Assembly (NCBI GenBank): GCA_021432655.1 | Contig: MU271275.1 | Coordinates: 62,001-110,396, forward strand | DNA: 48,396 bases | Reading direction: 5' to 3' | Source: Atractiella rhizophila | Taxonomy: Eukaryota | The notes under the pieces: generated by a model | Told to the model about the DNA's origin: nothing | Database searches by the model: none | The model's input: the letters and a program-made list of their open reading frames with translations, nothing else | In this document: piece after piece, positions 1 through 11,754 of the stretch | Layout of the letters: each line of letters begins with the position of its first letter | Numbering within the stretch: position 1 is the stretch's first letter | Translations under genes and position numbers: made by a program

Positions 1-836
1 TGATCGCATCAGGAGGAGAGGTCATTGTCATTGTTTGGGCAATAATCGATCTGCTGTGAGCGGCAATTAGTAAATGGTGCTTTGAGAAGTGAAGTCATAA
101 CAAAAAATAAGAAATTGTCGCGACAATGAGTGACAGATGCTCATCCATATCTGCCTTCAACATTGTTGTGCATAGCCCAAGACGATGCAGATTCTCAAGC
201 CTACAGTAACTTATGACGCAGAGTTCTCGAAATTTGATTTGAGAGGCTCTGTTTGGCATCTTCGCCAATATACAATCCTATTCTTTTAAGTTAACCTTCA
301 GGTTTTCTTGAAACAGAACTTACAAACGGTACAAAATGATAATCCGGCTTGCAGGTGGAATGAGCACCCCTCGATGTAACTTGTAATACACCCTATATAT
401 GTCGGTATGTAGGAAGGCATGAAGACGATGATGGACGCTGATTCCTAACCCATACGATCCCTACTTTCTCCTTTTAATGTTTGCAAAAGTGCGATGCCCT
501 GCCACTTGCCTGCCATGCGGACAAATTTACAATTATGTCATCTGGCCCACATACAATCCTAAGGTAAGGTCCTCTCTTTGACGTACACTTTAGCCTGTCG
601 ATGTTGCCTAGCTCAGCTTAAATGGTACCGTCAAATGGTAAATTGATACCATGGGTCGAAGATATTTATTTATTGCGATTAAACGCAAAGAATTGATTAG
701 GATCACAAGTCTGTTATAGTACAGGTTTTTCTAATGAGTACAATCTGTTGTAATATGCTTTTGATAAAGAAATGCGAAATCTATAGTAAATGATGAAATG
801 CGAATGCAATGATGGAATAAAGGTGAGAATGCACTC

Positions 837-2873
837 CTAAGCCTGCGCGTACTTGCTCCACTTCCGAATCTCAGCTCCCTTCTTATAGAAGAAGAACAAG
901 ATGGGAATCATGATCGCGCTCAATCCCGCCAGGAGGGACGAGCCGCCTCCAACTCCGAGAGTCTTGAAGAGGGCGTGGCCGAAGAGAGGGAACGCTGCGC
1001 CACCGCTCGACCTGAACAAGTCGTTTCCGGCGAGGAGGGAAGCGGCGTAAAGGGGATAGGACATGGGTAGGTAGACGATACAGGATTGGAAGAGGAGGAA
1101 TATGCCGGGGATGTAGAGGGAGGCGGCAATGATGGGACCCATCCAGTGCACCGAGGGACGAGAGAGCCAACCTATTATCAAATGATCATTAGCACTTGGT
1201 CCTACACATGAAAATGTGGGAAGACATACCGAAAAGAAGTAGAGACACTGGAATAAACAAACTTGCGACAAGGGCAACTTGGAGCCTCTCTTCAGGCACG
1301 AGAACTCCTGTGCGACGGAACTTGGGTTCGACGTGATAGTATTGGAAGGCGGCATATCCAGCGAAGGCTAGGAAACAACCGACGGCGATGCCAATGAATG
1401 GGAGTCCTTGAAGGCCGAGATTGAAGCCGTAGATCTCTCCAAAGACGATTGGGAAGGCTTCAAACCTGCGGAATAATCAGTACTGTGATTCACGAGAGGA
1501 CACTAGCAGCATACCATAAGTAGAAAATGGAATAAGCCAATGCGATATACACGTTGATGAACAGCACCGCAGGCTCTAGCGCAAGCTGGAAAGGTCTCAC
1601 GAGGGCTTCGTACAGCACATCCTTCGTTGTGGTGTTAGCCTGATCGATCTCGCTCTTCGACCTGAGGTTGTTGTTGCCAGTGATCTTTCTCAGCCTCTCG
1701 GCGCGCTTAAGGAGGATAGTCGCTGCATTCGTCTCCGGGAGTATGAAAGACAGAACGAGGAGCGCGAATCCGGAGATCATGAGGAGTTCGTAGAGTGGCC
1801 AGCGCCATCCAGCGTTCATAGCCGCGAAACCGCTGATGACTGGTCCCAAAACCTTTATTTGCCTTGATCAGCATTATTCGAGCAGAGACGTAGCGAGAAA
1901 GACGTACAGGTCCAAGGACAGCGCCGACGCTCCACAGACCAATCACGTAAGGCATCTTCATCGGTGCCCAGATATCTGCCAAACTCGCTCCTCCCGTCGC
2001 AAGAGCTGGTGAGCCAACGAAACCAGTGAGGAAGCGCATGGCCATGAGGACGCTGTAGTTCGAGGTCGTGACAGCGGGAATCTGGAGGATGACGAAGAGG
2101 AAGAGTGTTGCCATGTAGATCGGGTTGCGACCAATGGCTGGGACTTCCGACAGCGGTGAAAGAATCATCGGACCTATTCTATCAGTGTAAGGATAATCAC
2201 ACTCTACCTAACGCATAATACGTACCAATACCGTATCCGAGGACGAAGAGAGAGAGGCCCAAGATCGCCTTCGTTTGTGAGACGTGAAAGTACTCCATGA
2301 CTCCGGGGATGGATGAAGAGCTAACGCATGACATCAGCCACCTATTTCGCGATTGAAGTAGGAGAGAGAGACGCACTAGATAGCACTACCAATGTATACC
2401 GAAAATGTGAGCAACATGATGGCCGCAGTCACCACACTCTTCTTCCTGAAGCTCCAGTTCTGGGGGTTCTCCTGATCGTCATCTGCGTACCATCCGACCA
2501 AAAAGTCATACTCCTCCGCAACCTTCTCCTCTCCCTTCCCCTTCTCCAGGTCGCCTACTAAAGTCTCAGTCCTTGATACTGGGAGCTTCTCCTTGCTCGT
2601 TGTCCGGGACAGTGCACCCGCGGTCTCGTCCACAAGGGTATCGTTCCGCTCGATCTCGAGCGTCTTCTTTACCGCTACTCTTTGTGGGCGAGATGGAGCT
2701 TCCGAAACGAGGGTATCTATGGATGCATTATTCGAAGCTCTGAGTGGCCGTTTTTGGAGGAATTTTGAGGGGATTTCGAAGTCCCGTCGCTCTTCGGGAT
2801 AAGGAAGAAACCGTCCTTTTGAAGCTGCGTGAATGAACTGTCCGATTATTGATTCTCGTAATAGCGCAGACAT
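837..2873 (-). CDS. MFS multidrug transporter, DHA1 family (Flr1/Caf5/Mdr1-like), multi-exon
   Basis: Spliced ORFs give [12 protein letters not shown]...[100 protein letters not shown]. These are classic DHA1 motifs; introns are short GT-AG. Confidence 0.92.
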
Positions 2874-3138
2874 TATTGCTTGGGGTTAATGTAAAGTAAA
2901 GTCTATATGTCGCTGTTGTTGGTTTAGAATGTGAGTGGGATTGATGCTCACCTCTCCCTCATGTAGACCCTTTTAAACGCTCCCTCCGCCTCCACATCCT
3001 GAATGAAAAATCTCATAATCCACTAACAATTTTCTTACCGCCGACGCCCTAACGCGCTGAGCCACAAAATTCTCGCTTTGTTGCTGACTGAAAGTGGAGT
3101 AATCAATGTCAGAGTTCAACAATCCGGCCTTCCAGAAC

Positions 3139-3224
3139 ACTTATGACGCCAGAGTGAAACCGTCTTCGGCGTCGGCGTTGATTACACCTTCCTCCACCTT
3201 CCAGAACTTCTACAATGACGTAAC
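3139..3224. promoter_or_regulatory. Candidate bZIP (ATF/CREB-like) sites upstream of the MFS transporter
   Basis: TTATGACGC at 3141-3149 and ATGACGTAA at 3216-3224, 270-350 nt upstream of the minus-strand ATG at 2873. Two-unit TTCcaGAA motifs lie nearby. Confidence 0.3.
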
Positions 3225-4881
3225 GTTAAGTCGGTGTTAGCTCCTGCTCCACCACCGCAGGAATAAAGGAAGAGACGGTCTTTCAGCAACTTGGCTTTTT
3301 AGCGCGTTATGACCACAGCGATCGTTATGCGACAGGCATCTGGACATTCTTGCGGACATTTTTCTTCACCATGATGCGGAGGGTTGTGTTGGACAGTGGA
3401 TTAAGGTGGCCAGTACGTATATCCGTGATGGAAAAAGGATGAAAGGAAAGGGATCATTCTAGATAGTGATTTAAAGCTGGAGGACAAGCCAATTTGTCGA
3501 TACCTTATAAAAGTTGTGTCTGAGTGCAGCAATTTCGAAGTAAAGTCAGCATGCGAGGTTCTTGTTGCTGATTTGGCAAAACTCAATCTGGTTAAAGCTT
3601 CATCGCGAGTAGCTGGAAACATGACTTGATAAGTTCAATAAATCTAAATCGGTGCAGGCACACTACCGTCTTATCAATTCCTGGATGCCATTGCTTCTCG
3701 TTTCACTTCATTGCAATCAACTGGGACCTTTAACGAACGATAGTTGGGAATTATGAAGTTCTCATCGGGTTTTAAAGGACTCTAAACGGCATTGTTGGCA
3801 TCTTTGAGCGGTGGACTAAGCATTACTTTCTGTCTTCATACTTCTCCCTCAGTTTCACTCTCTTCAGCTTCAGTTTTCATCCCCTACATCGCTTTCCGGA
3901 ACCCGAAGATCAGTAGGATCCCTAAAACATTGTGAATCAAGTGCTGATATTGAAGTAAAACTACTGTCTGCATTGGTCCAGGACGGTAGTCTCCATAATA
4001 ATTCATGGCATCTTCCACTCGTACCATCTGTCGAGTTCCTAAACGAAGATATCCAGCAATAAAGGTGGACGCGGACTGTCATATGTGAGGTGTCGACTGT
4101 TCTGAAAACGTGCCATCGCAGCATAATCTTCATCAAATTCTCGAACTCATTTCTGGCACTTCACCAGCATAACTTGACGCAAATGTTGGGATTGACTGGT
4201 ACCACGTTGTAGAACTCTGGAGAGTCACGAATACGTTGAAGGATTTCTTCCCTGTTAGCAATTTCGGTAACCTCTATATTTCTTTGTTGCTTGGAAGAAA
4301 ACGAGAAAAGGCGTCCGCTACCAGCTGTGAGAAGCTTAGAGCGTGGAAACATCTGGCCAGGTCGGGAGGCTCATATATTCTATCACAGCGAAGCCAATAA
4401 GGAGGAGGATCCTCTGGGTCGAACCAGTCCTCTAATTAACTGGATTTGCTTGAAGGTCTCTGCTCACTCGGTATCAATTAATAAAGGCCAGGATCAGTTG
4501 GTACATTGCTAAGCGTTGCATACTTGCTTCGTCAATAAGAAGCTTTAAGAGCTTCAGCTCACCTTGTCGGCACAAATACTAGCTGATTAGCCAGCTGCAG
4601 CCTCCCGAGTATTATTTCATAATATTTAGTCCCAAGGCCATAGCGTTCTTTTTGCTACCGCCTTCGAGCGGATTCAAGCGGTCGAGGTCGTCGCTGGTTA
4701 TCATGACGAAAGGACAGTTGTGAAATGTGAAAATCAATCCGAAATGCCATCCGTTCTCTTCGCCACTGGCTGAAGGCAAGAATCAACAGGGATAATAGTA
4801 AAAGAAGGGAGGGCCCATTTACATTATACAGCACAATAGCTTCACAACAGTTGCGTAGTGTACTCTCTGCTCAATAAATGG

Positions 4882-5625
4882 TCAATCGTAATGCTTCCTC
4901 CCCCACTCTTCTGTTCCGTTAGCTTCTGCTCGCAAATTCACTTTCATGATCCACTCCTTCACATGCACATCTTCCAGTCCAACCCCTCCCAGTTCCAAGA
5001 TCGGTTTTGGGAGTTCTTTCTCATCGAACGAACCTGCCTCCAGGAACAGAGAGGAAGCCGAAGACGCCTCGGAAGAGTAGTAAGGGGAAGAGTAGAAAGT
5101 GGCCTCTGAACTCGACAATGGTAAGGAAAAGTTGCGTCCTTCATCTGTTGGGCGAGGATTATAGTGGAGGAGAGCAGGTGGCAGAGACGGAGAACAGGTG
5201 CAGAGTGAGTCTAGATCCAAGGTCGTGTTGGCGTCGTCATCATCTCCGAGCCTTTTCGCCTTCGCCGTTGGCGTAGAGGCAGCGGAAAAGTCATTGACTT
5301 CGTGCTCTGTGATAGAAAGATGCCTAGTGGTTATCCTCGGCGTTTCCCTCGAATTCGAAGACACAATAGGTGACGAGTTGCTTCTTTTCTGCTTCGGACG
5401 TTTCGACTGCGGCGTTGCCCCCAACAACTCGCCCTTGTCCCAGCGCTCCCACTCCCAGCTCAGTTCACCGCGCTCCGAGAACGCCTGGAGGGCAGCGAAC
5501 TTTTTCTTCGCCTGCAAACCGGCCGTCAATACCTCGTTGAGGCCAGTGGAGTTCGTCATCATCTTCAATAACCAACTCAGCTCCACCGAACTTGATACCA
5601 GAGGAAGCAGCGCACCTTGATCCAA
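4882..5625 (-). CDS. Hypothetical Ser/acidic-rich protein (3' exon; 5' exons unresolved, possibly extending to ~5990)
   Basis: 247-codon open frame with plausible low-complexity protein composition; no recognisable domain. Confidence 0.45.
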   Translation of the reverse strand: MDQGALLPLVSSSVELSWLLKMMTNSTGLNEVLTAGLQAKKKFAALQAFSERGELSWEWERWDKGELLGATPQSKRPKQKRSNSSPIVSSNSRETPRITTRHLSITEHEVNDFSAASTPTAKAKRLGDDDDANTTLDLDSLCTCSPSLPPALLHYNPRPTDEGRNFSLPLSSSEATFYSSPYYSSEASSASSLFLEAGSFDEKELPKPILELGGVGLEDVHVKEWIMKVNLRAEANGTEEWGRKHYD

Positions 5626-6181
5626 TAATTAACAATATAAGGTATCTTTGTCTTTTTCTAGCTCTCTAAGCAGGTACAACAGCCGCTTCGTCCAGTTGAA
5701 GAACGAATTGTGCACAATGTTCCCTCGGGCGGGCGGACGCGTCTGGGAAGGGCTTCTAATTTGTCCACAATCGATCAGGAGCTACAAAATCATGTTTAAG
5801 GAGGAGAGTAAGAGGATAATGATGGGGTTGAATAGAGCTGGAGTTGCTGGACCAGGGAAAACTGATTGGTTGTTCGGAGCCAGAACAACATTGCGTTGCT
5901 TGAACTTTATTCCGATCAGGAATCACGTGTTGTATTGAACTTATCAGACTCGTCATCATTTTCCCCTTTGTAAGTTTATAAGGTGCCATTAGGCGTGCTA
6001 GAGCATTATGTGGAACGGAAAGAGATACATGTACCTAGAAACGCTTTGTACGAACTTGCTATAATATAAAATGGACCGAGCCAACCCAATATCCAAGGAT
6101 CCTGGATCAACGTCAACGTGAAGAAGAAGAAAATGCATGTATGATGCAAGAAGGCGCCATGATTGAAGAATGCGTACTATA

Positions 6182-6953
<772 letters not shown>

Positions 6954-7701
6954 CGTTGAGAGTTGAAGTGAAGGTTAACTGGACGAGGAGAGGAGGTAAT
7001 GCTGCAAAGAACGATCAGTATGAATAGATGAGTATGGTTCAAGTCGAATAGACTGCCTGGGCACAATTATAGGATTAGAAACTGGAATTCGCATCACTGT
7101 ATGAAGCGGTATCGATAGCTAACCCAATGGACCAGGCAAGGAACACCAGTCTAGAAGTCTGGGAGGCTTATCTACAGAATCAACTTGGCTACTGTCGCAG
7201 AGTGTAGGACAAGAGCTATGGCTTGGGAGAAGCGCAAACTGATTATAAGGCGTAAGCATCTGAGCAGGCACTTATCTTGACTGTTCGGAACAATCATCTG
7301 GTCATGCTTTGTCAACATGCTGCCTTGGCGCCGAAGCTGGGATAGGAGCTCCCAGGTCCCCTAAACTCAAAGAGAGTTGCTGGGCAAGTTAAAAATTCTT
7401 TGGGTGCAACTCCAGAGCTGCAAATGGCTCTACCCAACGCATGCCATGTTCATAACCATGAAACGATCACTCACTCAAGAGTAAGTGCTAGTTTACTGCA
7501 CTTTTTTTATGATCCACCGATTCAAAGTTCCCTCTAATCCACCTAGCACGGTATTACTGAGCGTATAGCGTCTCCTGAAGTCCCGACGCTTGCCGAATTG
7601 AAGTATTTGGTCGTCTCTTTGCCTTGCCACGCTTTGAGATTCGCAGGTATTCATCTACCTACATCAACCCCTTTCCCAACTTGCGACGAAGTGTTTTCAA
7701 G

Positions 7702-8686
7702 ATGTCAGGGACAGGGCCACGGGAGAATGTTTGTGAGTCGTTTCCTGCTGAATTCATAGCAGGTGCTTATGCAGTATTCTAGTCCCGACGCGCATGAACC
7801 TCAATTTAACGAAGGGACGACTGAAAGCTGCTCAAACTGGTCACTCGTTGCTCAAGAAGAAAGCTGATGCGCTTTCGAAGCGTTTTCGAGCAATATTGGG
7901 GAAAATAGATGATGTGGGTTGTGTTATTGTCTTATTTTAGAACGGGGTTGACGAGAGGATGTGTAAAGGCAAAACGGAAGATGGGACGAGTGATGCAGCT
8001 CGCCGCTTTCTCTCTGGCCGAAGTTACGTATGCTACGGGGGATATCAGCTATCAAATCCAAGAGTCTGTTGGGCAGGCAAGCTTTAGAGTTAAGAGCAAG
8101 CAAGAGAACGTTTCCGGTGTCATTCTGCCTACTTTTGAGGCAGATCGAAAGAAGCTTGCACAGGGAGAGGGAACGGGTTCGTCTTTCTGTTCCTCCCAAT
8201 CTGGTATTGTTGAGATACTGATCAGAGATCATACGTCAGAGCTCAACTTGACTGGTCTTGGAAGAGGAGGTCAGCAAATTAACAAGGCACGAGAGACTTT
8301 CGCACAAGCAGTCACGACGCTCGTAGAACTCGCCTCTCTCCAAGTGCGTGTTATCCCCCTACACTGAAGCTCTCTCATGTTGATCTGTGCACCAGACCGC
8401 TTTTATCATTCTCGATGAAGTGATCCGGATGACCAACCGGCGCGTCAACGCCTTGGAACATGTGGTGATCCCGCGTCTCGAGAACACCATCGCCTACATC
8501 AACAGTGAGCTAGACGAGGGAGACAGGGAGGAGTTCTTCAGGCTCAAGAAAGTGCAAGCGAAGAAGAAGAGGGAAAAGGCAGAAGATGCTGTGGGTCAAG
8601 AAGAGTCGGGGGGAATGGTGGAGACTGCTGGAGAAGGAAGGGCAGTAGACCTGTTGGCTGATAAGGATGAGGATGTCATATTCTGA
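7702..8686 (+). CDS. VMA8: V-type proton ATPase subunit D
   Basis: [17 protein letters not shown]...[12 protein letters not shown]...[16 protein letters not shown]...ENVSGVILP...TGLGRGGQQ...[59 protein letters not shown]...DEDVIF*. Confidence 0.96.
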
Positions 8687-9053
8687 GGAGGTGTGTGTTT
8701 CCTTCTGTGATGGCCTCGAACCCTTCTGTGCTTTTAATCACTACGAAATCCGAAATGGAATCAACATACAATTGTACAAACACCGATTATTTTGCTCCTA
8801 CGAATGTTATGCTCGAGTTTTCCCCCATTATCAGTCGAGAGTTCTCTTCCCGTCCCCAGACGAGTTCTTCACTTTCCGTGTCACTATGGAGTCACGTCTC
8901 TCTGTTCCCTGAAACGTGCTATGAGAATAATTCGTCGACGTCGACGTCGTTCGTTCGCAGATTGTATGCAGGAATCGGCCCTGCCCTTCAATCAATTGTC
9001 GAGTTTGGCGAACAAGTGGATTTAGGTCCCACCGTAATTTACTAACTGTTGAT

Positions 9054-9214
9054 CTTTGGACCGGTTAGAGTATATGGACTACCGTGGACGAAGCTACCTG
9101 AGAAGGAGCTTGAATTTGGAGGGATACGGACGCACTTTGGACCGGTTAGAGTATATGGACTACCGTGGACGAAGCTACCTGAGAAGGAGCTTGAATTTGG
9201 AGGGATACGGACGC
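9054..9214. repeat. Tandem duplication, 2 x 80 bp (period 81)
   Basis: ctttggaccggttagag...gggatacggacgc occurs identically at 9054 and 9135. Confidence 0.95.
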
Positions 9215-9266
9215 TGAAGTACTTCCGCTTTCAGCAGACTTTCAGACGACAGGAACTGCAGAAGCG

Positions 9267-9421
9267 AAGCTATTCGTTAAACAAGCTGATCTTGCTCGCT
9301 TCTACCTTCTGCTCCGTTGAAAACGTTGAAAGTCAATGCAACTAAGCTATTCGTTAAACAAGCTGATCTTGCTCGCTTCTACCTTCTGCTCCCGTTGAAA
9401 ACGTTGAAAGTCAATGCAACT
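9267..9421. repeat. Tandem duplication, 2 x ~77 bp
   Basis: aagctattcgttaaacaagc...gtcaatgcaact at 9267 and 9344; the second copy has one extra C. Confidence 0.95.
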
Positions 9422-10308
9422 GATCCTGCAACGGAACGATCGATCCTGGAAAGCTATAATCGGTCCAAGTTGGCAACATCGAGCCATCAGTGCGTCTATC
9501 AGTGGGAAGGTTTCAGTTTCAGTTTTGAGGTGAGTTTGAAGCTGTTTACTCTTTGAGGGCCAACTGGCCATTTCAGGTGAGGCAATTGGAATGACCAGTT
9601 CGATCAACGTAAGGCAGCTTGTCTCAAGAGAATGATGTTTTGGAACCGGATTGATTGGATATTGTTTCTAACACATCTTCCCACAAACGCACGACCCAAA
9701 ATTGATAACTGAAGCAGGAAAGACAGGACGTTGTTTGTCAACGGGGCTACAGTAGGTAATAAAAAGAATTAACGGGAGAGAGTCCATAGTGGCATAGTCA
9801 TCGGGAACATGAACATGACACTGAGCAGCGAACAGAAGTTAACTAAATACTAAAGGAAATCGAGTAACATGAACGATAAATGACGAAGAGAGGTGGAAAC
9901 TGAACTTGGCATGTTTGAAATGCGGTACAAACTAACGTTTGGGGTTTTTCTTCTTTTGATGTCGAAAGAGAAATAGAGAATTTTAAGCTTGAAGATTAAA
10001 TGAAATGAAGCGCTACTCTCGGACGAAGGAGGCAGGGTAAAAGTGATGCAGGGGAATAATCCAACATCGCAAAGAGGTAACAGCGCACAGATCTCCCATG
10101 ACAGACCCATTCCGACTAATGACTGATTACCAAAAACAAGTGTCCCAAAAACAGTGGTATAAAGACCCCAGTCTTTGGTTTTGAAGGAATTTACTGAACC
10201 CAATAGCTGAACGAACGAAGAAACTCGAAGAAAACCCAAAAGCAACTGCCAGGGACCATTACTGAAGCGATGCTGCATAACCGACGGAACATGTCAACGA
10301 GGCCTTGA

Positions 10309-11754
10309 TCACGACTTGCTGATAGGGAGTTGATGCATAGGGAGATAGGGATCGAACAGACCAGCACCCATGAAAGGAACAGACACATTTGCTTGAGGGT
10401 CCCAAGAAGCATAAGGGGGATAAATCGCACTCGAGGAAGGTATCGAAGAAGTCAAATCAGGAAATGTGGTGGGGACGGCAGCCGCATTGTAACACGAAAG
10501 AATAGGAGAGGAAGTGGTAGAAGGAGGAGTGGACTTGTTTCCACCGTCGTTCTCGACGGAGCTTGGGGAAGATGACGATGTCCCGCTCGATCCAGCGTAA
10601 TCCTCCTCCCCAGATCCATCTTCTGCTCCAGAAGCCTTTCCAGGCTGGTTCAGGGCGTTCATCATTTCATCGGCATGGTAACGCCCTTCGTCGAGCACGG
10701 AGGAAGGAGGATGAGAATGTTCCAACGATTGAGGATGCTGATTAGCAACGGAGGGGTACCCAAAAGCAGCCTGATACGGGAACTGGGGAACGGCCGACAC
10801 ATAAGAGGATTGCTGAACGCGAGAGACTGAATTCGAGGGAATAAATTCCTGCGTTAGTGTCGGGCTATTTGTCTCCCCGGAATGATTGAAACTCGCAGCC
10901 GTAGGTGAATAGCCGTAATAACCAGTGTAATAATTGGGATATTGAGAAGGGAAGATGAACTGATGACCGTAGGGAGCATGAGAAGCGTAATCAGCCAACG
11001 AAGCTTTTCCGTCCATCCCCCGCCTCGCCGCCAAAGAGCCATCGGGAGCACCAATGTACATCGGAGGTTTAGAAAACTCCAAAGATGACGGAGAAGAAGA
11101 CGAGGATGAATAAGAATTGTGCGAATTGCCAGAGGAAAGAGACGAGATGGAGGTTGTTGGTGAGATGGGAGGAGACGGAGGAGTTGGACCGGTTCGCACG
11201 ACTTTCGCGACGACGGATGATCGTTGGGGGCGCGCAGCTTCCGGTTTGCCCTTCCTCGACTTGCGAACTATTTGATCCAAGAGATCGGGACGTCCTTGAC
11301 GGAAGAAGCCTTTGATATTGTGAGACAACCTGAAAACGGGAGTAAATGTACGAACCGGAGGGGTGTGTAAAAATAATCCAGCCAGCATTGAAGCTGGTAC
11401 CATTCCTCTCAGCTGAGCGTCTGCGATCAGGTGATCGTCAGTAACCAGGCAACATTCAATACTACCAAGAAAACTGACCTTCTATCAGACATCCGCTCAA
11501 AGCCATAGTAATTGAGCTGTCGGATGAAGCTCGAGAGATTAGTGAATTTCCAAGCGGGTTGCAAAGCCGCCACAGCGAGTTTGTCGTTGGCAACAATTTG
11601 GAAGGTAGTCTCGCTCGTCCATCGAAATCCATCGACATGAGCAGGATTCTCGAGCAGACTATTCGCAAGGGCGGTCAACAGGAGTTGGAAGAGTAGGGAG
11701 GAGTGCTCACTCGTGAAGCTTGACTAGGAATTGGGAGCGAACGCCTTTTGTCAT
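10309..11754 (-). CDS. HSF-type DNA-binding domain transcription factor
   Basis: Spliced: MTKGVRSQFLVKLHD|LLENPAHVDGFRWTSETTFQI...WKFTNLSSFIRQLNYYGFERMSDRR|RSAE...IIFTHPS|GFFRQGRPDLLDQIVRK. It contains the HSF signature SFIRQLNYYGF and the FxHP..F.RG..DLL..I.RK end of the domain, followed by an S/P/Y-rich tail. Confidence 0.88.

Noticed and set aside
3870..4352. Two minus-strand ORFs in one frame separated by a single TGA, with splice-like signals; vague kinase-like look (VVPVNPNICVK)
   Set aside because: No convincing catalytic motifs and no unique exon chain. It could be a small gene or a relic, but I cannot support a call.
8930..9260. HSF-like snippets FVRRLY...QSIVEFG and KYFRFQQTFRRQ suggesting a second, degenerate HSF
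   Set aside because: The two snippets fall in different frames under the obvious splice, and the RQLNxYGF core is missing.
9054..9421. Repeats as a possible CRISPR-like array
   Set aside because: Only two adjacent copies of each unit, no unique spacers, eukaryotic context.
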